The position numbers and the translations under genes were made by a program. This document shows, piece by piece, positions 29,352-46,299 of a DNA stretch of 64,000 nt. The notes under the pieces were generated by a model. It made no database searches and was not told the origin of the DNA. It saw only the letters and a list, made by a program, of their open reading frames with translations. Within the stretch, counting starts at the first letter, position 1. Every line of letters begins with the position of its first letter. Location of the stretch: NCBI GenBank assembly GCA_964016885.1, contig OZ024759.1, positions 15,438,001 through 15,502,000 on the forward strand, read 5' to 3'. The DNA comes from Eledone cirrhosa (Eukaryota).

Positions 29352-29398
29352 TGCTCCGATGATTCGAGACATGTGTCGGGAAGAAACGATCGTCAGCA
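29352..29398 (+). ncRNA. Type I hammerhead, U4C variant (family E)
   Basis: UGCU-CCGAUGA-UUC...GAA-GAAAC-GAUC-GUC-AGCA; 4-bp stem I, GUC triplet. Confidence 0.7.
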
Positions 29399-29672
29399 AT
29401 TAAATGCATTAAACAAAAGTTTGATTGTGTTATATGTGTTGTGTATGTATATGTGTATATATATATATATATATGTGTGTATGTGTGTGGGGGGGGGTGT
29501 AAGAAAACAGACGTCAGAGGTAAGTAGTTAATTAGTTAATTGCTTATCTCTTATTTTCATTGCTCTATACACAATCACACAAACACACACACTCTCACAC
29601 ATATGTAAGAGCGAATGGTTATACATGTAAATGTGTATACACACACGCATTATATATATATATATATATATA

Positions 29673-29858
29673 AATAATTGTTTCTACTTTTGGCACAAGG
29701 CCAGCAAATAATCAGTGTATTACTGGTACTTTATTTTATCGACCCCGTAAGGATGAAAGGGAAAATTAACCTCGGCGAGATTTGAACTCAGACAGTAAAG
29801 GGACGTAACGCTATGCTTCAAGCATGGTGTCCGACTCTCTACCCATACTGCCAATCCA
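29673..29858 (-). mobile_element. SINE-A
   Basis: Consensus match. Confidence 0.9.
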
Positions 29859-30157
29859 TGGTGAATAACAAGAGACGTTGACTTGAGTCATCGTTTTTCA
29901 GTATCATGACAATCATCATCACCATCATTATAATCACATTCAACACTCATTAACCTCATTACCAGCATCATAATTATTACAATCATCATCACCATCATCA
30001 ACACCATCTTAATCAAAATCATCATCAGCACCATCATTATCACCATCACCAGCATCACTACCTCTACTATTGAGGCCACCTTCACCATCATCAGCACTGC
30101 CTCTACTAATGCGGCCCCCATCACCATCGTCATCATCATCATCAATACGGCCAGCAA

Positions 30158-31280
30158 TGAGTTCAAATCCAGCCGAGGTAAACTTTGCCTTTCATCCTTA
30201 CGGGGTGGATAAAGTAAAGTACCAGTCACGCACTTGGGTCGATTTAATCAAATTCCCCCCACCCCACCCACCCAAAAAATTGCTGGTCTTGTGCCTATAT
30301 AAGAAACCATTATTATTCGGTAGAGTGGTGGATTGGCAGTATCGATAGAGGGTCTGACGCCATGCTTCGCAGCAAAGAGTTACGGCCCTTTATGATCTGA
30401 GTTCAAATCCCGCCGAGGTTAACTTTGACTTTCATCCTTACGGGGTCGATAAAATAAAGTACCAGTAATACACTGGAATAATTGCTGGCCTTGTGCCAAA
30501 AGTAGAAACAATTATTCGGTAGAGTCGGACACCATGCTTTGCAGCATAGAGTTACGGCGCTTTACGGTCTAAGTTCGAATCCCGCCTAGGTTAGCTTAGC
30601 CTTTCAACCTTGTGGGGTCGATAAAATAAAGTACCAGTAATGCACTGGTGTTATTGCTGGCCTTGTGCCGAAAGTAGAAAGAATTATTGAAGATGTTGCT
30701 GCTATTATTGTGGTTGTTATAGTTGTTGCTTATACAGTGAAATTCCGTTATAACCAAATTCACGGGGTATAACAAAATTCGTTATAAGGAGATCGACCTA
30801 ACGCATCAAGCTGGCCTTGTGCCAAAAGTAGAAATAATTATTATCAAGAGATAATTGCTGGCCTTGTGCCTATATAAGAAACTATTATTATTATCAACAC
30901 TATTATCAATATTATTATTATGAGGCGGTGGATTGCCAGTATCGGTAGAGAGTCAGGCACCATGCTTTCTAGTATAAAGTAACGTCCCTTTACGGTTTGA
31001 GTTCAAATCCCGCCGAAGTTAACTTTGCCTTTCACCCTTACGAGGTCGATAAAATAAAGTAACAATAATACACTGGTTATTTGCTGGCCTTGTGCCAAAG
31101 GTAGAAACAATTATTATCAATATTAGGGTCTGACGCCATGCTTTGCAGCAAAGAGTTACGGTCCTTTATCGTCTGAGTTCAAATCGCGTCGAGGTTAACT
31201 TTGCTTTTCATGAAATAAAGGACCAGTAATGCACTGGGAAAATTGGTGGCCTTGTACCAAAATTAGAAATAATTATTATT
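30158..31280 (+). mobile_element. Head-to-tail array of ~5-6 SINE copies with a partial MITE at 30734-30810
   Basis: Repeated GAGTTCAAATC...AAATAAAGTACCAG...GGCCTTGTGCC units. Confidence 0.9.
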
Positions 31281-31516
31281 ATTATTTGACAAGTTTCTTA
31301 GAGTAACATTATAGAAATAACATTATAGAGTAACATTATAGAAATAACACGTTAAACAATACATTTTAAACGTTTTGGTTCTATTTTTCTTTTTATTTAT
31401 ACTTGCTATTATCTGTCTGATATACATCGTTCTTTTCTTAATCAAGATATATTTTTTACATTAAATTATAAGTTGTTTACAACGCTATCGTACACTAGAT
31501 ATTATAACAGTATATA

Positions 31517-34355
<2,839 letters not shown>

Positions 34356-34589
34356 TTTATTTAATCCTTAATAATTATTCATCAATATTTATTGTTGTCT
34401 GTTGTTTGTTCGTCTGTTTGTTTTTCATAAATTCCAGCCAGAAAAATGTTAACATTATACAATATACACGATTTGTACCTTTGTTAAGTAAACAAAATAA
34501 TTATTTCTCATTAATATCGATCCCTACCACTTCATCCCCTCCACGTTTGTTGATTAGATTATTTTTTTTCTTGCCATATTGAGACGGTA

Positions 34590-35080
34590 GTCCCGGTGTT
34601 GACAGATTCGTTAAAATATCGGATAGAATACTTTGTAGCATTCGTTCTGGCTTTCTGATGTACGAGTTCAAATCTCACCGGGATCAACTTTGCCTTTGAT
34701 TTCGAGATCGATAAAAAAGCCCAGTTTAGTAATAGGGTCGATTCTTCCTCTATATCTCTTTCACAATTCGTCTCTCTAACTTTCTATCCTTATCTGCAAG
34801 AAACCTGCTGCATTAATACCTGAAGAGAGATGGGTTCCACCAGACTTAAAATCACCAAGAAACGCCGTAGGTCACTACAAAGGAGTTATGTGATAAACAA
34901 TATAAGTTCAAATCTCACCGAGGTCAACCCAGTCTAGTAATGGGGTCGATTCTTCCTCTATATCTCTTTCACAATTCATCTCTCTAACTCTCTATCCTTC
35001 CTCGGAAGAAATCTGCTGCATTAAGACCTGTTCACTAGGAAGCCCCTACGACTCCATCAGGAGTTATGAGGTTAAAAAAA
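34590..35080 (+). repeat. Degenerate SINE plus flank, tandemly duplicated (~200-240 bp)
   Basis: AGTTCAAATCTCACCG and GGTCGATTCTTCCTCTATATCTCTTTCACAATTC each occur twice. Confidence 0.7.
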
Positions 35081-35659
35081 TATTCTATAATAAAAATATT
35101 CAGAGAGGGAGGCGTTGAAATGACAAAAATAGTTAGAATATTGGATAGAATCTTTTGTGATATTCGATCCTGTCATATGTGGTGTCTCAGTTCGAATCCC
35201 GCCGATGAGGTCAATTTGATATTCATAATATAATTTCCAGTCCATTTCTGAGGCCCTGATTCACTTACCATCCATCTATCTATCTATCTTTATCACTCTG
35301 TCTAGAAGAAATCGGTTGTGTTCAGCCTTGGATAGATCGCCTGTACGAATACACCGGAAGTTACAGCTCCATAAACACATACAAGGAACCGCCATTTGTA
35401 AGTTTAAACGTTATGCAGAAATCTCCCACCAGACATATTCGCCTATATATGCATATGGCATTTTACTTATATGAAAGAGTTAACAATTTATTACTGCACC
35501 GGTCAATATTATATGTTATTTTTTATAGATAGATAGTTGTAGTTGAAAATATATTATAAAACTAGATATTCAATTACTACAAAGCTAAAGAATACTGACA
35601 CATTCGAATGATGAAGTGACTAAATTTACACTGTTTTCTTCTTCTTCTCTCTATATGTA

Positions 35660-35749
<90 letters not shown>

Positions 35750-36463
35750 GTGTGTATGTATGTGTGTGTATGTATGTGTGTATTATATTATATATGCATT
35801 TACACACAAGTGTATTTACACACACGCATATATATACATTTACACACATAAGTGTATTTACACACACGCAAATATATATATATATATACATTTACTCACA
35901 TAAGTGTATATATATACTCACACACAAGCACTGAGATATATCAAACTATTTCAGAGCAATACATTTCGATTCGAAAATTGAAACCAGTACAAATAATCCT
36001 ATTGACAAGATTGTATTTGGAAATACTTCATGCGTGGTCTGAAAAAACATAAAAAATAGGAAATTGCTTCATGTAATTAATTTCAAAATATTGTTTTAAG
36101 TTCGAATTTTCCTTTTTGATTAACAAAAATTACCTCTTTAAACTTAATAACTTTGTTTCGACAGCACTCTAAAATACAAGTTGTTTCCGCCACAAAAAAA
36201 TATTTTAGAAGCTAAATTGGAAATTTAACGAGTGTTTCTGTTAGATTTGTTACTTATTTCGTTTTTTCACAGTAAGTATGGCTTGTGACGTGTCTTACTT
36301 ATAGTACATTGTATGTATAATGTTTAAAATTGACAGGAAAGAGGTGTATAGATTTATGTCAACATATTATTTTTACGGTAAATAGATTTGAAATTGTGAA
36401 ACAAACAATATACAGAAAGAAAGAAACAAACAAACCTACCTAACTTGTTCAAATTTGTTATAC

Positions 36464-36514
<51 letters not shown>

Positions 36515-36620
36515 TATAGGTACCTATGTATGTTTATATATATAGGTACCTATGTATGTTTACATATATATATATGAACCTATGTATATTTACATATATA
36601 TATATGAACCTATGTATATT

Positions 36621-36655
<35 letters not shown>

Positions 36656-36776
36656 GCAGACATGTATATAAATACATATGTGTATGTGTGTGTAGCGTCA
36701 GTGTTTATATAAGATTTGTCCGAATTTATTTTGTTTCTTATACATATGTGGACTTTGTGTATGTATGTGTATATAT

Positions 36777-36807
<31 letters not shown>

Positions 36808-36856
36808 CACATATATACATACTCACTCACACACACACACATATATATACACACAC

Positions 36857-36892
<36 letters not shown>

Positions 36893-38115
36893 TATGCATA
36901 CATATATATATACATGTATATATATACATATGCATACATATATATACATATGCATATATATATATATATATACATATGTACAAATATATATGGTACATTT
37001 ATATGAGTGTATTTATGTGGTCTGTGTTTTGCTTTTTATAAATCATATATATTTATGCCTCTAATAGATTTGTATTCATAGTTTATGAGGGAAGCAAACA
37101 AGAGAAATAATACTATTAATGATGGTCTTTATGTAAAGGAAATGAAATATAAATAACATGTATGTGTATATATTTGTATTATTGTATGTATATATATATA
37201 ATCATATATATACACATATATATATGTTTATATACATACATATATAATGATATATATATACACATATATGTGTATAAATATATATATATATATACATGTA
37301 TACATAATATGTATATTCATACAAACATACACATATATACACACAAATAAAAGCATATACACACACACATAAAAGCATATACACACACACACACATATAT
37401 ATATATATGTGTGTGTGTATACAGAGAGGGGGATAGAGGTATAATGTATTCATGTCTGTGGAGTTGGTGTACGTGTGTGCGTGTGTGTGTGTGTGTGTGT
37501 TTGAATTTATATTCATATTTCCACCTCGTATCATATACAGAGTAGTGTAACGTTGAAATCAAACCATTCTATGTTGAATATTTTATAATACAGTTAAAGA
37601 TTATGGCATTGTCTCCGCTTCTAGTTTTATTGCTGAACAACAGAACATTTTTAGATAATGTATAACGAATAAAGAAAGATAATTTTATATTCCGAACATT
37701 ACAGACGCCCAGCTTCTATAGTATTTTTTCCTGGAGGAAATTCCCTATTGAAATATTTCCGACAACAAAGATATCCCTATCAGTTTCTTCCGTCTATTTT
37801 CATTTGGATCCGATCTATTTTCAAATGAAGAGCGATGTTCGATAATTTAATGTTAAAATTGTCAAAACATTTTTGGTTTTCAATTTTATTTTTTTTTATT
37901 TTGCAATGGTAAATGTTTACCATATTTCCCGGCGTCGGAGATGCTACTTTTTTTTCTAAAATACGTTCAAAAATCTAGTATACGTCCTATACAAGCTAAA
38001 TTATGTAGAGTAAGTACTTTCTTCTGTGAAGTCGGTTTTTTTTTTAGAAAAGAAGCTCATTTATATGGGATTTTCATTTGATTCTATGGAGTTAGTATTT
38101 GCAAAATACAAACTA

Positions 38116-38285
38116 CCGTATTTCTCGGCGCCGAAGATGCTACATTTTTCATAGAATAAGTCTCAAAAACTTGCCATGGAGGCTAAAGGTTGTTTATTAT
38201 TATTATTATTTTTTTTTTTTTTTTTGGTCGTCAAATTTATCGTGGATCCTCGAGGACAAAGCGTCTTCAGCGCTGGGAAATACGG
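38116..38285. mobile_element. Tc1/mariner-pogo MITE
   Basis: TA|CCGTATTTCTCGGCG...CGCTGGGAAATACGG TIRs. Confidence 0.75.
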
Positions 38286-38404
38286 TTAATTGTGTAAAGT
38301 AAGTACTTGCTACTATGAAGTCAGTATTTGGGAAAAGAAGGGCATTTATATATAATTATTTGCTTCTCTGGATTTAATATTTGCGAAATGCAAGCTAATT
38401 TATG

Positions 38405-38970
38405 TCGGTTCTTAACCCGGTTTTCCTAGCGTTAAGCTACTGAGTGTTCAACACTCTCTCCACTGGATAGGATGCCAGTCCATTGCAAGGCTAAATCCCA
38501 ATCATTTGTGATACTCATTTTCAGCTGAATATACGAGGGCAGGAGTGTGCAACATATTCCATTGACGGGCCATTAATATTTATTAAGCACTATTCTAATT
38601 ATTATTAGGGCCTTTAATATCTATTAAGCACTATTCCAAATATTCACCACAACTTCTTTCCATTACATGCAACTGGGAAATTATAACACACATAACCCTT
38701 TAGTATGGGTCAACTAACAGAAAATTGTATTACGGTTACGAAAAAAATTCTAAATAAGTCTACAAGGTAAAAAATAAAAACGGTCATCGTGTGCCACTGG
38801 GACAGGTCTGGCGGGCCGGATTGTAGCCCGCGGGCCGCCTGTTGCTTGTACTAGAACAACGTCAAATGAATTGTTTAGCTCAAGAACATAAGACACAAAC
38901 TAGCCTAGGAATCGAACCCACAACATTATAATCGCAAGTCTAAAACACTTACCACTAGGCTACACATCTC
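38405..38970 (-). mobile_element. CORE-type SINE interrupted by a hAT-like MITE (38540-38848)
   Basis: Minus strand GGTTCGATTCC B-box and TTCTTGAGCTAAACAATTCATTTGACGTTG core; insert starts CAGGAGTGTGCAAC and carries GCCCGCGGGCCG. Confidence 0.6.
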
Positions 38971-39394
38971 CATATCCGCATAGAAGAAAACACATTATTC
39001 ATTCTCGTCCATCTCACACTGTCTCTCATTCCCTCTCTTCCTCTCTATCAACGTTTGTCTGTGAGTGTATGCGACCAGGTATCAAACCTGCGACGTTATG
39101 ATCGTAATCTAACACACTTACCATTAGGACCAATGTAAGATTTTTTTTCTAGTACCACCAACACCATTCTCAGAGTTATATATCGCTTCGTAGCTAACAG
39201 AATTACAAGATGTCTCATGGATGATATATAAACTAATGAACCGATATTTATACACTGTATTATTTACGTAATAGAGACCAACTGATTGTGTTAACTGCTA
39301 GAGTGCTCATCCTTGAAACTGACTGAGGCCCCATTTATATATATATAATCATAAAAACTTGTCAACAAATCTACTTCCACTCATACCCGCTTTC

Positions 39395-39532
39395 TCTCTC
39401 TCTCATTTCTGTTGATAGAAGGACTAGCGTTGAAACGTTAATACCCTCTTCCTGCTATTTGAAGCGTTTACCTAATATATTCCTTCCATATACTGTACCG
39501 ATTGTGTTGTTATTTCTGTTTACCTTTTACAT
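39395..39532 (+). mobile_element. Degenerate family B element
   Basis: GGACTAGCGTTGAAACGTTAA...CCTAATATATTCCTTCCATATACTGTACCG. Confidence 0.65.
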
Positions 39533-39576
39533 GTATATCAAATTAAAAATGTGAGGAAATAGATATGTATATATTG

Positions 39577-39631
<55 letters not shown>

Positions 39632-39944
39632 ACATATATATATATATATGTGTGTGTTTATGTATATAAATATGTATGTACTACATATCTGTACATGAAT
39701 GTTTACGTACTATCGGAAACCTTAGATCTGCTTACATCTGGATTAGAATATAAAAGCTATTAGCTGCAGGTAAAATAAATGAACTTTATATCAGGAAATA
39801 TCTAAGCGAGAAAAAAGATTTTTTTTCAAACTGTTTCCATTCAAATTCAAAAGACGTAAACGAATGTTAATGCAGACGTATTTAATAATATGATGATGAT
39901 GACGATGTGATGATTGTGGTGTCGTTTATGTTCATTGAATAAAT

Positions 39945-39977
<33 letters not shown>

Positions 39978-39980
<3 letters not shown>

Positions 39981-40296
39981 ATAATAATAAATTTGAAGAC
40001 TAATAATAATAAATCCAAAGAGGGCTCGATAAGGATAAATATATATCAAATATATAAGAACCTTAGAGCAAATATTTATTAAAGTAATAGATTAAAGTTT
40101 AAGCAAAGAATCGCTGCTTTCACCCTTAACGGGATCTTCTGAAACTAACAAAGTCAATCTGTGAACGCAGAAGTGGTTACAACGTTTTTTTATATATTTA
40201 CTTCTGTGTTCACAGATTGACTTTGTTAGTCTCAGAAGATCCCGTTAAGGGTGAAAGCAGCGATTCTTTGCTTAAACTTTAATCTGTTATTTTAAT
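39978..40296 (-). mobile_element. PLE pLTR-like family D with ~97-bp inverted duplication
   Basis: Arms 40078-40174/40200-40296; HHR-like motif on both strands. Confidence 0.75.
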
Positions 40297-40435
40297 ATAT
40301 ATATATATATATATACACACATTATATTTTATATATATACACATTATATTATATATATATATACACATTGTATGTATGTATGTATGTATGTATGTATGTA
40401 TGTATGTGTATATGTGTGTATGTGTGTGTGTGTGT

Positions 40436-40676
40436 CCAGGGAGTGTAACTTGGAGTTACTGTAGGTTCACCCGGTTGAGCACTCGATGTTTAGGTTCACT
40501 TCTGTGTCGAGGTATAGAGCTGCACAGAGTGTATTATAGTAAAATAAAACAATGACGATTGGTTACTCCTTCATTATGTTTATTGGTTGGTGACGCGCGT
40601 TTCACCACTGATCAGCTCAAGGTTCGATCTGTATCGATCTAGCCCGACTCTGTAATCCGCGACTCGCCAGACCTCT
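40436..40676 (-). mobile_element. Family C element, uninterrupted
   Basis: GGU-CUGGCGA...GAAAC-GCGC-GUC-ACC; GAGTGCTC in tail. Confidence 0.7.
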
Positions 40677-41231
40677 TACAATGTATTTATATATGTGTGT
40701 ATGTATGTATGTATACATGTGTGTGTGTAAGTACTTGCATGTATGTATATATATATATAAATATATTGTTACCAACCCCGTTTCATAAAGACTTGTTCCA
40801 GCGTGAGATTTAAAAGAAATATTTGCATGAACTATGCAACAGTTTTAACTTAGATTGTTCCCTGCGTATGCTTCGTGTGACTAACTATTGTATCTGGTGT
40901 CGACTTTAATTTTTCTCTCTCTACCAGTTGCTCACACACGTGCTTCGGGTTTTCCCCTTCGGTTTGTTGCTTCCTGTTTTTTTTTCGCCTTTTTCGCTTC
41001 GCTGTTTTTTCCTTTTTCTTCCCTCTTACCTTCTGTTACTATTTTTTCTCTCTTTCCCTTTTTTTTTCCCAATAACTTCCTTGAGTTATTGACGCCCTGG
41101 AGATAGACATATTGTCTTTGATGCGTTTAAATGTCCAATAACCCAGCAGACAACTGCAAAATTTTCTCCCGTTCTTGCTTTCCTCTTTTATAAGTACTCC
41201 TTATCCAGCAAATACACAACCTGTTTTTACT

Positions 41232-41313
<82 letters not shown>

Positions 41314-42282
41314 TGACTATTGGACGAGCTGGGCCCCATTTCCCCTGCCCTCAATAGCAGTGTTCTGTTAAGCTAGCCATAGTATAACATAGATAAATTT
41401 CTGAAGATACAAATTCTCGACAATGAGAGATAACAATAAAATGACCCTTAGCATTTCAGGTCTGTTTTTTTCTCGAAACCTATTTAATGTAAACTACCAT
41501 CTTTTGTGTTAGTGTAAGATATATAGTATTCTATTTTTTATGTTGCAAAACTGTCGTGGGTTGACATGACCTGTAATTTAACAGTGGTCGATACATGAAG
41601 TGACAGCCAAGTACTGACATCTATTAACTTCCAAGGTTTACTCGTCACTTAAATCCCTGTTGTCCTCTTCTTTCTTCGGTATTCTACTTTTTCTTCTTCT
41701 TTCTTCGTACTTTTCCTCAGGTGCTTTTTCATTTTCTTTTCTATTTCTCTCCTCATTCTTTTTCTCCGTCTTCATTTTCATATCATTATTATTATTATTA
41801 TTATTATCATTATAAAGAAACCATTATTAGTAGTATTATTTATTATTAAGAGTATTTATATATTTATTCTAGTGAGTGTTTTTGATTTCATACACAAACA
41901 CACGCACAGACACATTCCCGCGTAGACACATACACACGCACACACATATGTATCCATATACACACACATACACAGAAGCGAACAGATCAGACAAGGAAAT
42001 GGTTTAGCGTTTGCTCTTAAATGACATAAGAATTTGACATATCATAGAAAACTGCCAATCAACTGCCCGCACAAGACCCGGCTTAAAAGGATATTTATTT
42101 ATTTATTTATTTACTAAATTATTTTATTTGTTTTATTTATATGCAAATATATATATATATATATTTATTTATTTAAATTATTTATTTATTTGGAAATAAA
42201 GATGTGCGGATCACTCCAGTTAACCTGCTTCATGGCACTAAAATGGAGAAAGGTAATAATATAAAGCAATATATAAGTTAAA

Positions 42283-42410
42283 ACTGGCACTCCGTCGGTT
42301 GCAACGTCGTGTGTTCCAGTTGATATGATCAACAGAAGTGCCTGCTCATAAAATTAACATCCATGCGACTGAACATTCCACAGACACGCGTGCTCTTTAA
42401 TGTAGTTGCC
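42283..42410 (-). mobile_element. 3' fragment of an Octopus-type SINE
   Basis: TGGCACTCCGTCGGTT...CCAGTTGAT..GATCAAC...CCACAGACACG recognised from octopus repeats. Confidence 0.6.
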
Positions 42411-42544
42411 AAAGCTCTTTCGCCATACATTCTGTGACCTCATCAGTGACTAGGTTTTTATTGGCAACACAACTCGCCCAAAGTATAACAATATATGAAT
42501 GATACAAAGAAGCAAAAGCAGCGATACATATATATATATATATA

Positions 42545-42918
42545 AACATGAGAAGAAAGAAGAATACTGCGTGGTTTGCACATGGGTTACATATGATAAA
42601 AATAGTCCTTCGTCAGTGATTTTCCAACCATCATTGGTATTTCATCGCATTAAAAATCTGATACCTCAGGTTGGTGCGAGCAATAACTATAAAAAGTTAT
42701 TGGGACCAGAATTCGCGTAACGCGAGGGGGACAAGTAAACAACATAGAAGTATAAACGCAAACCGAAGATAGGAAAATAAACAAGCAACATGGTTGTCCG
42801 GTCAGCATAAGCTGGGTGGATTTCATGAGGGAGAGTGGTACAGACTGTGTTGATGTGTGTGAGATTTGAGCAAGAAGAGACCCACACAAGCCAAACGGGA
42901 GGAAGTGAGAAGGGGAAT
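42545..42918 (-). mobile_element. Family K element in (TA)n
   Basis: Homologous to 47275-47526 and 55222-55700. Confidence 0.65.
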
Positions 42919-42924
42919 ATATAT

Positions 42925-43046
42925 ATAGTAATAAATGTGACGACTAAAATCCGAAGAGGGCTCAATAAGGATTATATATACATATATAATATATATATAT
43001 ATATATAAAGCACCGATTCGTTGCTTAAACTTTAATCTGTTCTTTA
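42925..43046. mobile_element. Family D remnant with inversion
   Basis: Tail (GAGGGCTC) in one orientation and AAAGCACCGATTCGTTGCTTAAACTTTAATC in the other. Confidence 0.6.
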
Positions 43047-43223
43047 TATATATATAATATACATATACATAAACTAGACAAAGTCATAGATTATCTATTA
43101 TTTCTTCATAGGTGCCTTTTAATCTCATAGCCTTGTTTAATTGGTTTTTTGTGTGGTTGATTATGCTGATTGGGAGAGGAAATAATGTATATATTTTATC
43201 AAATGATTCTATGGACATACTTT

Positions 43224-43260
<37 letters not shown>

Positions 43261-43264
43261 GATA

Positions 43265-43530
43265 CGAAGAAGGCTAAATAGTCATTGCCTTCGCCAGAGA
43301 TGATCATGGGAAAGTCCATACTAGGAATGTAATCGCGTGCGTATATACGAAACGTGCTCATTGGAAAACGGATCAGAGTGAACGATGCAATCACTACATA
43401 CGGAGAGGACGTTTGGCTGGGCAGGACATGTTTCAAATGTTAGAGATAACAGGTGAACCCATGCAGTTGTCGAGTGACATCCAAGAGATAAGAGAATAAT
43501 CGGCAGGACATGCTTCAAGATTTACAGACA
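43265..43530 (+). mobile_element. Degraded RTE LINE fragment
   Basis: Frameshifted ...VNDAIT...WAGHVSNVRDNR*THAVVE*HPR. Confidence 0.7.
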
Positions 43531-43673
43531 ACAAGTGAAATGGCTGTTATGTAGCTAGCTCGCCAACATATTCCCATTCTAGAAGAAGTTTTATTTATTT
43601 CATTCCACGCGTGATCATCCCGTCTTTTTTTAATGGCTCCCTAAACTACATCATCCAAGTTTTACTTCATTAT

Positions 43674-44110
43674 TTCAAATCCCGCCGAGGTTAACTTTAA
43701 CTTTCATCCTTACGGTGTCGATAACATAAAGTACAAGTAATACACTGGGATAATTGCTGACATTGTGCCAAAAGTAGAAACAATTATTTCATTGGTCAGA
43801 GGGGATTGGCTGCTATATCTAGTAGTTAGAGCAGACCTGTGAATGCGCGTGGCTTAGAAGGTAGAGACTTTGATTTATAATCGTGAGAATTTGAGTTCGA
43901 TGCATTGTGTCCTTGAGCAAGACACTTTATTTCGCGTTACTTCAGTTCACTCAGCTGTAGAAATGAGTTGCGACGTCAATGGTGCCAAGATGTATCGGCC
44001 TTAGCCTTTCCCTTGGACGACATCGCTGGCGTTAGTCGTGATAAGCCAAGCAAGCCTCGTTCTGGAGGAACATCTGGACTGAGGGTTCATAGGCCTACCT
44101 GGTTCTACAT
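43674..44110 (+). mobile_element. SINE-A fragment (43674-43788) and CORE-type SINE (43840-44110)
   Basis: GTGTCCTTGAGCAAGACACTTTATTTC...TCACTCAGCTGTAGAAATGAG CORE-like domain. Confidence 0.75.
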
Positions 44111-44664
44111 AAAAAAAACAGATACAGAAGAGCAGACCTATGATTTATAGTATTGCCGCCGTCAGTATCTAATCCCTTTTTAATGATATCATAAACCACA
44201 TCATCCAACATTTCTATCCAAATCTAAGACATCAGAGTTTGATTTGAGGAAGATTTGTCTGCTATTTCTAGCAAGCTGAGTGACCACAAAATGTCTTCTC
44301 TATTTGGCAATTCTTATAGAATTTTAATATATTGGATATATTAAGGGGTTTATAAAAGACTAGTGTTTCATTGATTTATGATGATAAATATGATATAATC
44401 TTACAATTGCGAGAGATTGCGCTTTTCATTTATCAAGTTTATTTCCTGAGAAACTCGTTTATATTCTATTTATGGATTTCAAACAAATAATATGATAATG
44501 TCATGACTGGGGGTGTAATAGATTGTTTAGGATCTACCGACAATAAACACAATGACACGATACAGAGAGGCTACTAAAGGATTTAACTGTCAAAATATCT
44601 AAAAGCTTTATAGCATATATATATATACATATATACATACATATATAGAGAGAGAGATATTAGT

Positions 44665-44960
44665 GGGGGAGATGGGAGAGAGAGAGAAGTGGTGGGAGAG
44701 AGAGAAGTGGTGGGAGAGAGACAAGTGAGGAGAGAGAGAGAGAAGGGAGGGGAGTTAGAGAAGCGAGAAGAGAGAGAGAAGCGAGGAGAGAAAGCGAGAG
44801 AGAAGCGAGGAGAGAAAGCGAGAGAGAAGCGAGGAGAGAAAGCGAGAGAGAAGCGAGGAGAGAAAGCGAGAGAGAAGCGAGGAGAGAAAGCGAGAGAGAA
44901 GCCGGGAGAGAAAGCGAGAGAGAAGCGAGGGGTGAGAGAGAGAGAGAGATAGAGAGAGAG
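44665..44960. repeat. 24-bp GA-rich minisatellite
   Basis: (GAGAAGCGAGGAGAGAAAGCGAGA)n. Confidence 0.9.
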
Positions 44961-45183
44961 AAATATGGATGCATAGATAGAATGGGAACTACCAGATTAG
45001 ACTAGTAAGAAAATTGTTCATATATATATATATATATATACTTGTATATATATATATACTTGTATATATATATATATATATATATATATGATACAAGTGG
45101 AAGCTTAGTAAAATCGAAGCTCTGGCTGTGGCCAAGCAAAGACGACCTATAATAGGAATGAGTCAGCAAAGCACTTAGAGTAA

Positions 45184-45314
45184 TAACTGTTTCTACTTTA
45201 GGCACAAGGCCAGCAATTACCCACTGCATTACTGGTACTTTATTTTATCGACCCCGTAAGGATGAAAGGCAAAGTCAACCTCGGCGGGATTTGAACTCAG
45301 ATCGGGATTTGAAC
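45184..45314 (-). mobile_element. SINE-A, truncated
   Basis: Consensus match. Confidence 0.85.
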
Positions 45315-45414
45315 ACTTAGAGTAATAACATACGTTTAAATAGCTTGACAAATTGAACATTGCGGTAGGCAAAACCCAACCATACAATACTAAAGTAACG
45401 AAAGAACTATCAGA

Positions 45415-45700
45415 TTCTATGACGCCTGTGGTATGCTGCATGGCAGTGAGACATGGACTGTGACTGCAGAGGACATTGCCTAGACTGGAGAGAAATAAAG
45501 AACTATGCTTCGTTGGATGGGTAATGTAAGAATTACCTTTGTCTCAATAAAGGTAGCTCTTGGAAGAACTGAGGGAGAAACTGGATTAAAGAGGAATCCG
45601 AAGTGGTGTGCAAGACAGAAGACTGCATTGGTACGGACATGTGATGCGCATGAAGAATGATCGCTAGGTGAAGAATTGCAAAGAAATCCCAGAGGAAGGA
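45415..45700 (+). mobile_element. Degraded RTE LINE RT C-terminal fragment
   Basis: MLHGSETWTVTAED...MLRWM...EELREKL...VQDRRLHWYGHVMRM with frameshifts and stops. Confidence 0.85.
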
Positions 45701-46299
45701 AGCCGTATTAGAAGTAAATCAATCTACTCTCTCAAAACCACTATCTCTTTCTGTTTATCTTTCTCTCTCTTTGTTTATGAAGGTACCCGGAAAAACCCCA
45801 TATCTCAGGAACACGTGGTCCGATTTACGCGAAGCTTGTTTTATTCCATTTGTGTTCCCATTTCTGGGTCAACTTACTTTCAAAGTATTTTCCCATTATG
45901 CCCCCTTTTGGCTGTATTACAGACAAGCAAGCAATCACAGAATTTTAGTATTATATATATATATAACGTGTACTGTTTACTGCACTACAACTGGAGTAGA
46001 ATGTTAATTAGTTATGTTCAATGAAATAATCAATTTAATATATTTGTCTCTTGTTTAATTTCCTTTGAAAAATTGCTCCAGGTGATTCTTTTGATCAGCT
46101 TTTTTTAAATTATTATTTTACTTTTATCATTATTTCGTCATTATTATTGATTTCCTAATATTTGTTGAACTTATATATTTATTTTATGTTGAATTTCTTG
46201 TATTGTTTCATATTTTAGTAAATTTCATATATTATATTTTAGTCCCTTTCAACATAATTCTGTCCTTACGAAATATTTGTTTCGTTAGTACTATTATTG

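Noticed and set aside
44660-44974. Repetitive charged or Leu/Ser ORFs (also 58253-58864)
   Set aside because: GA-rich minisatellites
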